From Clostridia bacterium (GTDB lineage Bacteria; Bacillota; Clostridia; Christensenellales; CAG-314), in contig JAQVMT010000004.1 of assembly GCA_028703495.1 (NCBI GenBank), forward strand, positions 42,479 through 106,478: DNA of 64,000 nt, written 5' to 3'. This document shows positions 52,477-63,069 of the stretch, piece after piece. The position numbers and the translations under genes were made by a program. Below the pieces are notes generated by a model. That model saw only the letters and a list, made by a program, of their open reading frames with translations. It did no database searches and had not been told where the DNA came from. Position 1 is the first letter of the stretch; the number at the start of each line of letters is the position of its first letter.

Positions 52477-55400
52477 TTAGTCGTTTAATTTAAGATCGGT
52501 TTTGGTCTTTGCCGTGCCGTCTTCGGGACTGTCGTCCTTTTCGTGCGCGGCATCGGCTTCGCGTTGCGCGCTTATGTTGTCGCTTTCGGTGGCGGCGACC
52601 TTATCGTGAGCTTCAACCGCGGTCGTTTCGGCTTCGGGTTCGACCTTCAAGTCGGTTTTATCGGGCTTTTCGATGTTATTCTCAAGCTTCAAATCGGTTT
52701 CGGGTTCGACGGTTGCGGTCACGTCCTCGGATTTGTCCTCGGCTTTTTGCGCGGTCAAGTCGGTTGGCTCCTCTGCAAAGTCGGCTCTGGTTTCGGGAAG
52801 CTCGTCAAGGCAGTTGAAAGCGAATTTACACTGAATACTGTCAAGCTTGTCGAGTGCATTCTCGGCGGTTTTCTTATCTACGTTAAGGTCCTCGTCGATG
52901 AGAATCCATTTATTATCGTCATGGTTGGTAAACGGAGCAACGTCCAAGCAAGCCAAATACACCAAAAGCACCTGTGTATCGTCAAGCGATTGCCAATCCA
53001 AGCGGTTTTTCTTGGTATCAAGCACTTCCAATTCGATATTGTCGCCGAATTCCAATCCTAACTTCTTGTCGCTTATGTCGCGCAAGGTGCGGTTTGCCTG
53101 ACGAATGAACTTATCCAAATACTCTTGAGCCTGTTTATTTGAGTTAAACTGACGGTTGACGACGGCGGCAAGCTGTGCCTGTTGGGCTTCCAACAATTTC
53201 TTTGCCTGGGTCTTATTGCCGTACTTTTCCTTGGCATCCGTGAGGATGTTGTTTGCATTATCCAATTCGCCGCTTTTGTGCGTTCTTTCGTCGTTAAGCT
53301 CCTGAAGCTTTTCATCGCACTCTTTGCCGTGCTTGCTAAGCTCGCGCTTATTGGCTTTTTCAAATTTGGATATTTCCTCCTCTTTATCCTTAATGGCTTT
53401 GGCATTTTCCTCCAACTCCTTTTCGGTGTTCTTCTTATCGGCAACGGGGACGAGGATTATTTCCCTTGCCCACTTTATGTCGGAATCGTTTTGGCAGGCG
53501 TTGAGCTTATCCTCCGCATCCTTTTGCGAGGCTTTGTTCTTCTCCAACTCGGCATCGGCTTTGTCGAGCTCCTTCTTCAGCTTATCGCCGTTGGCTTTTT
53601 CAGCGGTGGGAATAGCGGCGAGGACAACCTGTTTGTCGTACTTTTCCTTGTCGGATTGCTCTTTCTTTGTCTTAAGCTCGGCAATTTCCTTTGCCAAAGC
53701 ATCGATTTTATCCTGTCCGTCGAACGGCTTTTCCTCGGTGGATTCCACGACCTTAATGTCGGTTTTCTCCTTATTGACCTCGGTAAGGAGGGCTTTTTGT
53801 CTGGCTTGGTTCTTCTCCAAATCCTTTTTGGCGGCGTTTTGTTCCTTCTTTAGCTCGTTTTGCTTGTCGTCGTTTTCCTTTTGGAGCTTATCTAGCTCGG
53901 CAAAAACGACATCGCCCTTGCCCTGCTTAAGAGCTTCCTTATATTCCTCCTGCGTAGGCGTAAGCTTCTTGCCGGCAAAGAAGTCCTTTTGCTTTACGGG
54001 CTCGCTTTGTGCGCGAAGCACGTTGGCTTTGGCTTGATCCAACTCCTTCTCGCTCTTATCCAGCTTTTCCAAAACTTCCTTTGCCTTTGCGATACGCTTA
54101 TTGGTTTCGTCGCGTTCTAGCTTCAAGCTCTTTAGCTTTTGCGCGAGGGTTTCGAAGAAGTGCTTTACGTCAACGGGTGTATAGCCCCTGCCAAAGTACT
54201 TTTGCGTTGTCTTGAGCTTGCGCTTGGGGTCGAGATCCTCCTCGGCTTCGGCAATTTGAAGCTCCAACTCCGCCAAGCGTTTTTCCAGCCCGTCCAGTTC
54301 GTTAAGAGCCTCGTCCTTTTCGCGTGAAACGGCGGCTTTCTTCTCGTCGAACATCTTTGCGGCTTCGAGGTTTTCGTTGCTCTTTTCCACGTTTCTGCGG
54401 TTATTGAGCTGTTCCTCATTGTACTGCGCCTGTGTAAAGCCCAAGGAGCGGATTTCGTCCGAGTTCTGCTTGATCTGCTTTTGCTTTTCCTGCTCGTCGC
54501 TTATCTGCTTGTTTAAATCCTGTATTTTTTGGTTTAGATCGGCTTGCTTCTTTTGCAGCTCCTCCAACTCTTTTTGCCGTTTATCCGCTTCTTTTTTGTC
54601 TTCGGCTTGCTTCTTTTCGGCTTCCTTGGCGGCAACCTGCGCTCTCAAAGCCTCTTCTTTCTGCTTATTCAGCTTATCCGCTTCGGCTTGCTTCTCGGCA
54701 ATCTGCTTGTCATAGTTTTTGAGGTCGTTATCTATCGAAGCGATTGCGGCGATAATTACGGCGCGTTTCTTATTTCCGTCCTCGGTTGCGTTATTTTTCC
54801 TTTCAAGCTCCTCAAGAGCTTTTTGCGCTTGTTCCTTACTTTTATGTAACGCGGCTTCTTCTTCCTTGAGCTGTGCCAACTGATGCTTCAATTCCTCGGA
54901 GTTATCCTTTTGCAGAATCTTTCTTGCCTTGTCGCTGTTGATTGCCACAAGCAGCTTTGCATCGTTCTTTTCGCGCGCTTTGTTCAGCTCCTCAAGCTCC
55001 TTCTTGGCATTATCCACGTTGGAGGAATCCACGCTGAAGCTTTCCTTCTCGTTTTCGATTTCCTTTATTTTTTCATCGATAGCAACCAATTCACCGCTTA
55101 GCTTATCCACATCGGCTTGACGTTCCTTTATCAATTCCTTGTTTTCGGGACGTTCGGCGAGCTTTCTCAACCTGTCGACTTCTCTTGAGTCGAAAACCTG
55201 CTTGCTCTCGTAATACGCCTGCTTGACCATGCCGAAAAATTCGGCGTTGCGGCTTCCCGTAAACTTATTGAAAAGCTCCTGATTTAACAAGCACTTTTCC
55301 AATGCATCCAAAAAGCTTCCCCCAATTTCTGCATCCAAATAGTCGATCACCGATTTATAGTTAAAGCCCAAAAGCACGAGTCTTCCGTTGACCTCGCCCG

Positions 55401-55644
55401 CCAAATAGCTGTTAAGCTTGTTCTTCACACTCTTGAGTCCGGCACAATATCTTTTGTCCTTCAACTCGAAAAAAATCTCGATATTGGCGTTTTTGGCGTA
55501 GATATCGCTACGAAAGACCTGATTGATGCAGTCGATTAGGTTCGTTGCGTGCGTCCAATCGTAGTTTTCGGCTTTGTCGTCCATCTCGAACTTCAAAGTC
55601 TGTTGTTCGACCAAGTCGTTGTAGTTGACCTTCAATAATTTCAT
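52477..55644 (-). CDS. Large cytoplasmic coiled-coil protein with SMC/Rad50/SbcC-like terminal head segments, lacking Walker A and the LSGGE signature
   Basis: About 800 aa of heptad-rich K/E/A/L/Q sequence. The C-terminal block LGLEFGDNIELEVLD...SLDDTQVLLVYLACLDVA...KWILIDEDLNVD...ENALDKLDSI aligns by pattern with the SbcC region TLSGGE...SLFLDEGFGTLD..ALDALDAL. The N-terminus MKLLKVNYNDL..QTLKF mimics a Rad50 head start, but no GxxGxGKS/T is present. GGAGG RBS before ATG 55644. Confidence 0.6.
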   Translation of the reverse strand: MKLLKVNYNDLVEQQTLKFEMDDKAENYDWTHATNLIDCINQVFRSDIYAKNANIEIFFELKDKRYCAGLKSVKNKLNSYLAGEVNGRLVLLGFNYKSVIDYLDAEIGGSFLDALEKCLLNQELFNKFTGSRNAEFFGMVKQAYYESKQVFDSREVDRLRKLAERPENKELIKERQADVDKLSGELVAIDEKIKEIENEKESFSVDSSNVDNAKKELEELNKAREKNDAKLLVAINSDKARKILQKDNSEELKHQLAQLKEEEAALHKSKEQAQKALEELERKNNATEDGNKKRAVIIAAIASIDNDLKNYDKQIAEKQAEADKLNKQKEEALRAQVAAKEAEKKQAEDKKEADKRQKELEELQKKQADLNQKIQDLNKQISDEQEKQKQIKQNSDEIRSLGFTQAQYNEEQLNNRRNVEKSNENLEAAKMFDEKKAAVSREKDEALNELDGLEKRLAELELQIAEAEEDLDPKRKLKTTQKYFGRGYTPVDVKHFFETLAQKLKSLKLERDETNKRIAKAKEVLEKLDKSEKELDQAKANVLRAQSEPVKQKDFFAGKKLTPTQEEYKEALKQGKGDVVFAELDKLQKENDDKQNELKKEQNAAKKDLEKNQARQKALLTEVNKEKTDIKVVESTEEKPFDGQDKIDALAKEIAELKTKKEQSDKEKYDKQVVLAAIPTAEKANGDKLKKELDKADAELEKNKASQKDAEDKLNACQNDSDIKWAREIILVPVADKKNTEKELEENAKAIKDKEEEISKFEKANKRELSKHGKECDEKLQELNDERTHKSGELDNANNILTDAKEKYGNKTQAKKLLEAQQAQLAAVVNRQFNSNKQAQEYLDKFIRQANRTLRDISDKKLGLEFGDNIELEVLDTKKNRLDWQSLDDTQVLLVYLACLDVAPFTNHDDNKWILIDEDLNVDKKTAENALDKLDSIQCKFAFNCLDELPETRADFAEEPTDLTAQKAEDKSEDVTATVEPETDLKLENNIEKPDKTDLKVEPEAETTAVEAHDKVAATESDNISAQREADAAHEKDDSPEDGTAKTKTDLKLND

Positions 55645-56208
55645 AATTTCCTCCGTTTTTTGCGTAACTCCGTACGCCCGTGCATAATAATGCAAGCCGA
55701 TGGCGCAGCCTAAACAACGAAAAGTTCACACTGCGACCTATAATACTTGGCAACATTATATAACATATCACTCTCTTTTGCAAGTGTTTTGCGGAATATC
55801 GCCGAAAATCCTCTGCAAAACTCATAATTTTTTGCATATATTCATTAAGACGATGCATAAACAACAATGTGCCGCTAATATATCGATGCTACTCTTTTGT
55901 TGCATTGGTATCGTTGCGAATCACCGAATATGTAACATGCGCATACCGCGTATATACCGAAGTTGCCCTTTTGTCGTGGCGGTATTTACGCGACTACTCA
56001 AATATGTAATATACGTACCACTAATGCCGAGGAGTCGGGAATCGAGCTTGAACCCGCCCTTCGAAGTAAATAGTCGGGAATATATGCAAAAACGCTTGCA
56101 ATTCGGCGTAAAATATGTAATAATTATTTTGGGGTGGGATAGATTTTACGTATTATGCGTGGCATAATACGTATACTAATCCGTATGCGTAATAAAAGGA
56201 GGTCAGAT

Positions 56209-57906
56209 ATGAGTAGCGTTGGTCTTTTAATCGAAAACGGTGTTCTGGTCAAGTACGAGGGCGGCGGTGAATGCGTTGTAAGCGAGGAAATTGTCGAGAT
56301 AGGCGAAGGCGCATTCTCCGATTCGGAGATTACCTCCATCGTTTTGCCGGAGGGAGTGGTAAAAATAGGCAGAAACGCCTTTAAAAACTGCAAGATGTTG
56401 ACGGAGGTCGGAATACCCTCGACCTTAGAGAAGCTAAGCTCCGGCTCGTTTTATGGTTGCGAGAGCTTGGAGTCAATCGACTTATCCACTGTGAAGTATA
56501 TTCCCGATAGGTCGTTTATGAACTGTGAAAGCCTTAAGGATATTCTTTTCTGTGCGGAGCTTGACAGCATCGGAAACAACGCCTTTGCCAACTGTACGAG
56601 CTTGGTTAATGTTGATTTGCCCCTTTGTATAAAGAGTATAGGCGATTCGGCATTTTATGCCTGCGTTAATCTGCTGGATATAACCATCTGTGCCGAAACC
56701 GAGTATATCGGCTCCAACGTCTTTTTAAGGGACGACGATTTGGTCGTGTCGGTGATAGGACTTGAGCCCAACGAGGATTGGGACGAGGAGTGGGACTTCG
56801 GCGGTTGCACGATTGTCTATATCGACGATAATTTGAGCCGCGAAAACCTTTGTGGCAACTGTGACGCGTGCGGCAAATCCTGCGAGGACTCTGCCGAACC
56901 CGTCGTTCAAACCGAGGTCGCCGAGGATATCGAGTGTGACCAACCCGAGAGCCAAGCTCATCCGGAATGCGAAACAGCATGCGAAACGGACTGTGCGGAA
57001 CCCGAGAGCCAAGCTCAACCCGAATGCGAAAGCACAGGCGATGCCGATACAAACGAATGCGAAGGAGAATGCACAAAGGAATCGGATACTGCCGATGCCG
57101 AAAGCTGCGCGGCAGTTGACGAAGGTGAAGCCGTTAACGATGGCTTAACATGTGTGGGACAAGATATAAACGATACTTGTGCCGATACGGAGCATGACGG
57201 TGATAAAAAGGGTGAAGAATCTCCAGCCGAAGAATCAGACGAAGCAAAGGTTTTTCAAACCGATGCCGATGAAGAAAAAGTGATTACCGAAAAAGAAACG
57301 GGAACCGGAACAGATGAAGAAAGAGTGATTACCGAAAAAGAAACAGAAACCGAAACAGAGAGCGATATATATAAGGAAACCGATGCCGTTGAGTACGGCG
57401 CTCCTACTAAGGCGCAGGATGTTGCAATTGAATTTGAGGACGAGGACGAGGTCGGCGAACCGAGATTCGAGATTGTCGAGGGAGTGTTGACCGCATACTA
57501 CGGAGAGAGCAAGAGAGTAGTAATTCCCGAAGAGGTTACCGAAATCGACGACTATGTATTTTTCGGGCACAAGGAAATTCAAGAAGTAGGATTCCCGACA
57601 GGACTAGCGAGGATCGGGAAGCAGGCGTTTTACGAGTGCGAGCTTATCAAATCGGTCGTATTGCCCGATTCGTTGATGTCAATAGGAGCGATGGCGTTTT
57701 CTGCGTGTAAGTCGCTTACCTCGGTGTATATTCCCAAAGACGTGGTGAGCATCGATTTTAACGCATTTTCCTTTTGCGACAAGCTTACGATATATTGCGG
57801 TGTGGAAAAGGAGCCGTTCGGCTGGCATCCCGACTGGAATCTGTTTATGCGGCCGGTGGTTTGGGGCTACGTTCCCGACAAGGACGGCGCAACGAACGCA
57901 GACTAA
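56209..57906 (+). CDS. BspA-type leucine-rich-repeat protein, no signal peptide, with a central Cys-rich acidic tandem-repeat linker
   Basis: LRR_5-like units IVEIGEGAF..., VVKIGRNAFKNC, SIGNNAFANCTSL and SIGAMAFSACKSL occur at both ends. The linker carries CDQPESQAHPECET / CAEPESQAQPECES and EEKVITEKETGTGT / EERVITEKETETET repeats. Strong RBS aaaggaggtcagatATG. Confidence 0.75.
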   Translation: MSSVGLLIENGVLVKYEGGGECVVSEEIVEIGEGAFSDSEITSIVLPEGVVKIGRNAFKNCKMLTEVGIPSTLEKLSSGSFYGCESLESIDLSTVKYIPDRSFMNCESLKDILFCAELDSIGNNAFANCTSLVNVDLPLCIKSIGDSAFYACVNLLDITICAETEYIGSNVFLRDDDLVVSVIGLEPNEDWDEEWDFGGCTIVYIDDNLSRENLCGNCDACGKSCEDSAEPVVQTEVAEDIECDQPESQAHPECETACETDCAEPESQAQPECESTGDADTNECEGECTKESDTADAESCAAVDEGEAVNDGLTCVGQDINDTCADTEHDGDKKGEESPAEESDEAKVFQTDADEEKVITEKETGTGTDEERVITEKETETETESDIYKETDAVEYGAPTKAQDVAIEFEDEDEVGEPRFEIVEGVLTAYYGESKRVVIPEEVTEIDDYVFFGHKEIQEVGFPTGLARIGKQAFYECELIKSVVLPDSLMSIGAMAFSACKSLTSVYIPKDVVSIDFNAFSFCDKLTIYCGVEKEPFGWHPDWNLFMRPVVWGYVPDKDGATNAD

Positions 57907-58325
57907 AGACTTTGATTTAAGCGTGTTTGCGCTAAATCGGTCTTATATCCGTTTATTTAAGTATCCACCGAAGCGAAAGACGTTTCGGGCGGCGAACGCG
58001 GTATCTACGTGATATAAACTAGAACTGTTACACTGTATTCGCGAATAAAAAAGGTATCCACCGAAGCGAAAGACGTTTTGGATAGAAGCATATATATGTT
58101 TATATACTAAGCTGCATTAATTTATGTAGAATTAGTTGCGGAATTAGTATAATAGTGCGATTTGCGTAATGCAAGCCGAGTGCAAGCCCTAAATACATAT
58201 ACAGATGGCGAGAGACGGAGTTACTCTTTCCGTTTATCGCAAAATGTGTCGGTATCACGGGCACGCGCGATTGTATGCGCAACGCGAGTCGTTCGGCGGT
58301 CAGCCGTCGGACAAAGGAGGAAATT

Positions 58326-58952
58326 ATGTGGTGGCAGGAACTGAGCTTACTAAGTAAGATTCTGTTTTGCACGGCAAGCGGAACTACTATTTTTATGATA
58401 TTGCAAACGATATTGTTGTTGTTCGGTTTCGGCAACAGCGGCGACAGCTTCGAGGGTGACGATATCGACACGGATTCATTGGATATGGGCGACAACGATG
58501 CGGAGCCTTACGATGGTGCGGAGGACAGTATTACGGGTCTCGGCGGAATGAAGCTATTTACGTTCAGGGGCATAATCGCGGGACTTGCGATTGGCTGTTG
58601 GGCAGGCTTTTTGATGTTGAGCTTGGGGCTTGAAATATGGCTCTCCTTATTGATAACGGTGGTGGTTTTCTTTGTGGTATTGGTACTTTATGCGTGGGCT
58701 TTCCGATCTGCTATGAAGCTGCAGCAGGAAGGAAACATCAAAATCGAACAGGCGGTCGGCAAAACCGCAACCGTGTATGTACCTATTCAGCCAAATATGG
58801 AAATCGGGGGCAAGGTAACCTTTGTCTTTCAGGAGAGGTTTTTGGAAAAGGATGCGATATGCGAGGAGGATACTAAAATCCCCGTCAATCAACAGGTCGA
58901 AATCGTGGGCGTAACTGACAACGGCGTATTGATTGTGCATTCCTTGGACTGA
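58326..58952 (+). CDS. NfeD-like membrane protein (YuaF-like, flotillin-associated, C-terminal OB-fold)
   Basis: Two TM segments then a beta-rich C-terminus (KVTFVFQERF...VEIVGVTDNGVLIVHS). Positioned upstream of the flotillin gene, as for B. subtilis yuaF-floT. RBS aaaggaggaaatt. Confidence 0.75.
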   Translation: MWWQELSLLSKILFCTASGTTIFMILQTILLLFGFGNSGDSFEGDDIDTDSLDMGDNDAEPYDGAEDSITGLGGMKLFTFRGIIAGLAIGCWAGFLMLSLGLEIWLSLLITVVVFFVVLVLYAWAFRSAMKLQQEGNIKIEQAVGKTATVYVPIQPNMEIGGKVTFVFQERFLEKDAICEEDTKIPVNQQVEIVGVTDNGVLIVHSLD

Positions 58953-59196
58953 TAATTATCCGTTTTCTAACGACTGTCGGGGACCGCCCGAGGACCTCGT
59001 TGCAAACGTAATATCGAAATCTCGTTAATACGGATTTGGTATGATTGGATTTGTAAGCCCAAACGTCGAATGTGATTTAAACTTAAAAATATTGAGTTGG
59101 CGTAAGAAGTCGAACAATATTTGAAGCATTTCGACGTTATTGATGGAATAGAGTTTGTAAAAATGCAAACAGATAGAATTACAGGAGGTAATAACA

Positions 59197-60600
59197 ATGT
59201 TCGGATTAATGCTTGAAGCAACCGGAGGCGCGGTAATAGGAATTATCGTTGCAATCGTGGTTGTTGTGTTTACTTTTATATTATTGATTGCCAGTAGGTA
59301 TCGTAAATGTCCTTCGGATAAAATTATGGTCGTTTACGGTAAGGTCGGCAGTAACAAGGACGGAAGTGCAAGAAGTGCGAAATGTATCCACGGCGGTGCT
59401 GCTTTCGTTTGGCCGTTCTTCCAAGGGTATCAGTATATGGACCTAACGCCCATTTCCATTATGGTGGATTTGAAGAACGCGTTGAGCCGCCAAAACATTC
59501 GTATCGACGTGCCCAGCACCTTTACAATCGGTATCAGCACGGAAACGGGTATTATGCAAAACGCCGCTGAAAGACTGCTTGGATTGAAATTCGTTGAGAT
59601 TCAGGACCTTGCAAAGGACATCATCTTCGGACAAATGCGTTTGATTATTGCTACTATGGAGATCGAAGAAATCAACACAGACAGAGATAAGTTTTTGGAG
59701 CAGGTCAGCAGAAACGTCGAAACAGAGTTGAAGAAAATCGGACTTCGCTTGATAAACGTTAATATCACCGATATCAACGATGCTTCGGGATATATCGAGG
59801 CTTTGGGTAAGGAAGCTGCCGCAAAGGCAATCAACGACGCAAAAAAGACCGTCGCCGAAAAGAACAGAGACGGTAGCATCGGTGAAGCCAACGCCTTGAG
59901 GGAGCAGAGAATCGAGGTTGCGGACGCCAACCAAATGGCGGTTAACGGCGAAAACGGAGCTCTTGCTAAGATCTCACAATCCAACGCCAGCAGGCGCGAG
60001 GTAGAAGCCGAGTCAATGAGGAGAGCTACCGCCGCCGAAAAGATTGCACAAGCCAAGGCATTGGAGGATGCGTATTCCGCAGAGATGAACGCCGAAAAAG
60101 CCAGAGCCAGCAGAGAACAGGCGACCTTGGAAGCTAACGTTATCGTAAAGGCAGAAATTGAAAAGCGAGAGATGGAAATTCAAGCCGAAGCCAAAGCCGA
60201 GCAAATGCGCCGTCAGGCGCGAGGCGAAGCGGACGCTATCTTCGCAAAAATGCAAGCAGAAGCCAAGGGTATCGAGGAAGTACTTACCAAGCAAGCCGAG
60301 GGCTTTAAACAGGTTGTTGCTGCCGCGGGCGGAAATGCCAACGACGCCGTAAAGCTCATGATCTCCGATAAGCTGGAGAATTTGGTAAAGACACAGGTGG
60401 AAGCGATCAAGAATATCAAGATAGACAAGGTAACCGTTTGGGATGGTGCCAACAACAAGGACGGCAAGACTGCGACCTCCAACTTCATAAGCGGCTTGTA
60501 CAAATCCGTTCCGCCGTTAAACGAGCTGTTCGATATGGCAGGAATGAAATTACCCGAGTATTTGGGTAAGGAAAAAGCCGAGCAGCCCGAAGCCGAATAA
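59197..60600 (+). CDS. floT: Flotillin (SPFH/band-7 domain, FloT-like)
   Basis: N-terminal TM helix, an SPFH domain, then a long EA-rich coiled-coil flotillin region (AEKIAQAKALEDAYSAEMNAEKARA...). Confidence 0.88.
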   Translation: MFGLMLEATGGAVIGIIVAIVVVVFTFILLIASRYRKCPSDKIMVVYGKVGSNKDGSARSAKCIHGGAAFVWPFFQGYQYMDLTPISIMVDLKNALSRQNIRIDVPSTFTIGISTETGIMQNAAERLLGLKFVEIQDLAKDIIFGQMRLIIATMEIEEINTDRDKFLEQVSRNVETELKKIGLRLINVNITDINDASGYIEALGKEAAAKAINDAKKTVAEKNRDGSIGEANALREQRIEVADANQMAVNGENGALAKISQSNASRREVEAESMRRATAAEKIAQAKALEDAYSAEMNAEKARASREQATLEANVIVKAEIEKREMEIQAEAKAEQMRRQARGEADAIFAKMQAEAKGIEEVLTKQAEGFKQVVAAAGGNANDAVKLMISDKLENLVKTQVEAIKNIKIDKVTVWDGANNKDGKTATSNFISGLYKSVPPLNELFDMAGMKLPEYLGKEKAEQPEAE

Positions 60601-60819
60601 ACATCGGAACAAAGAAAAAGCCGATGAACGCTGAAGCTTAGTTGCATAGGCACAAATAAAAAATCGATGCGTGCTAAGCCTATTTGCATCGGTACGAAGA
60701 AAAGAATAAACACCCGTAAACGCGGTTGCTCCTCGACAATTCGGGGCGCAAATCGTGCTTTGCGGGTTTTTTCACGCCTGACAAGTATTTATGCTTGTTT
60801 TCTTGGCTTTTCGCTCGAC

Positions 60820-60890
60820 CATTATTAAAATGCATTTAAGCAAATTCACAAGCTTTTCGATGTCACCTGCGCCTAAAACGAGAACCGTTC
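60820..60890. repeat. Post-stop echo (minus strand) of the murC 3-prime end
   Basis: aagcaaattcacaagcttttcgatgtcacctgcgcctaaaacgagaacc matches aagcaaattcacaagtttttctatatcacctgcgcccaaaacgataac at 60911-60960. Confidence 0.85.
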
Positions 60891-60910
60891 TCTTGCTTGT
60901 GATTAACTCA

Positions 60911-62383
60911 TTAAAGCAAATTCACAAGTTTTTCTATATCACCTGCGCCCAAAACGATAACAGTGTCGCCGTTGCGTGCCGTTTGCTTTATCTGCTTTAT
61001 GCATTCATCAAAGCTTTCCGCGAGGAAATACCGCGTACAATCAGTGTCGGCATAGGGCGAAGTCGAAAGCTTTTGAAGTTCGGCAAGCAAGTCCGATGAC
61101 ATACCACCTAAAACAGGCTTTTCTCTGGCGGCATATACGGGAAGCAGGATTACTGAATCCGCTAAATTCAAGCTCGCCGCAAATTCGGTTAGGAATGCTT
61201 TTGTGCGTGTATATGTGTGCGGCTGAAAAACCGCAAGCAACTTGCCCGAGGTCATTGCCCTTGCGGTCGAGATTGCCGCCGAAAGCTCGGTCGGGTGGTG
61301 CGCATAATCCAAAACTACGTTCAATCCGTTTTTCTCGATACGGCTAAATCGGCGGTAAACGCTTTCAAAGCTTTCCAATGTCCGTGCCGATGCGGCAAGG
61401 TCGGCACCTATACAGCATGCAGCGCAAAGTGCCGCCGCTGCGTTGTATGCATTGTGCCGCCCGAATACGCGCATATTCACCCGTTCGCACTGCCCGTCAG
61501 CCTCGACGTCGAAAACCAAAGGAGCAACCGAGCGCACTCGTACTGTCATTCGGAATGCATCATCTTTTACTGATTTGTCTTTATTGTCCTCGTTCGTCGG
61601 AGAAAGGTTGTTTTCTTTGTCATTGGGACCTACTTCGTTCCCCAAAACGGCGAAGCTTGCTGTTTTGCATGCGGCATTTGCCTTTACCAATTCACAAAGC
61701 TCGGGAGCTTGGTTGCAGTACACCGCAACTCCTTCGCCATCGATATTCGAAATGAATCGCCCGTAGGCATCAAGCATGCTTTGTCGTGTCTTATAGAAAT
61801 CGACATGGTCGTATTCAACGTTAAGAATAACGCCGATTTTCGGAAAAAGGCGCAAAAACGCGCTCTTGTACTCGCACGCTTCTGCGACCGCAACGTTTGT
61901 ACCGCCAACGTAATTGCGGCCGTTAAGCAGTCCTCCCACAAAACAGGCGGGCGAATACCCCAAGCTCTTGAGAATGTGATACACCATTGCTGTCGTGGTG
62001 GTTTTTCCGTGTGTTCCGGAGATCGCGATCGGACAGTCGAAAGCATTGAAGTATCGTCCGAGAAGCTCCTCTCGGCTCAAAATCGGAATACCCGACCTTT
62101 TGGCTTCGGCAAGCTCGCAGTTGCATGCGGGAATAGCGGCGGAGACTACGACGAGATCGGCTCCGCAAACGTGCTTTCTCCTGTGTCCGCAGTTTAGTTT
62201 AACGCCACTTTGTTCGAGCAAATGCCTTATCTCACGTACGTCCGAGGGAGTGCTCGAAGGGTTACGACTGCATGATCGGTCGGAGCCGCTGACGTCGTTG
62301 CCCAACTCTGCCGAGTGCAGAGCAAGCGCACTCATTCCAACACCCAAAATTCCGATAAAGTGTATTCTCATAATTATATACAT
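60911..62383 (-). CDS. murC: UDP-N-acetylmuramate--L-alanine ligase with two low-complexity insertions
   Basis: Mur ligase motifs IHFIGILGVGMSALA, GTHGKTTTT and DYAHHP. The inserts are SGSDRSCSRNPSSTPSDVREIRHLLEQSG and GPNDKENNLSPTNEDNKDKSVKDD. Start at 62383 or 62368. Confidence 0.88.
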   Translation of the reverse strand: MYIIMRIHFIGILGVGMSALALHSAELGNDVSGSDRSCSRNPSSTPSDVREIRHLLEQSGVKLNCGHRRKHVCGADLVVVSAAIPACNCELAEAKRSGIPILSREELLGRYFNAFDCPIAISGTHGKTTTTAMVYHILKSLGYSPACFVGGLLNGRNYVGGTNVAVAEACEYKSAFLRLFPKIGVILNVEYDHVDFYKTRQSMLDAYGRFISNIDGEGVAVYCNQAPELCELVKANAACKTASFAVLGNEVGPNDKENNLSPTNEDNKDKSVKDDAFRMTVRVRSVAPLVFDVEADGQCERVNMRVFGRHNAYNAAAALCAACCIGADLAASARTLESFESVYRRFSRIEKNGLNVVLDYAHHPTELSAAISTARAMTSGKLLAVFQPHTYTRTKAFLTEFAASLNLADSVILLPVYAAREKPVLGGMSSDLLAELQKLSTSPYADTDCTRYFLAESFDECIKQIKQTARNGDTVIVLGAGDIEKLVNLL

Positions 62384-63069
62384 GACCTCCGTCACAAAAA
62401 CTTCTTGGGAAAAAGTCGCGCGTCTGCTGGGCAACAGGTAGCCCTTTGACCGAAGGGAGCGTATATAGATATACACGACCACTGCTAAGAGCTACACGTA
62501 GCCCGCATCACACGATGAATTATTTCAAGTGTCCCTCCCGAGCATTTGAACAACGATGCTCTTTTTGCTTCAGCAAGATTTATATTCGGTTTTGCCCAAT
62601 TATTATATGCAAAAACGGATTTATGCTCTACTTTGGCTGTTTTGTGTAAACGATATTTCAATTCTTTTTGTACCGAAACGCTTTTTGTCAATTTGCGAAG
62701 TCGACGTTTCAAAAGACCGAGCAAGTGAAGGGGCGATAATGCATGCGCGCAAGAATTGCTCTCATATCGAAAAAATATTGCAGTAATGCGAAAAAAATCA
62801 CTATTTGGCAAAAAAATTTAATGCACTAAAATGTAGGAACAAAATGCGGGAGCTTGCTCACAGGCATTTGAGACGACCATTTCAAGCTCGGAAGCACGGT
62901 TTTAGTATAAAACCGTGGAATAAACGCAGTTTATTATGGTTTCAAGCGTTAGCGCAGAAAACATATTCTGATAGGTTATAATATTACTACCTTAAATTAG
63001 TTGCTTTATTTGACGAAATTTGATAAAATAACAAGGTATAACCGATAGGTTATAAGCGGGGGCTGGTAA

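Noticed and set aside
62485-62811. 108-aa ORF on the minus strand upstream of murC
   Set aside because: No RBS, no recognisable motif, and an odd composition. It is probably non-coding promoter DNA for murC, so it was left unannotated.
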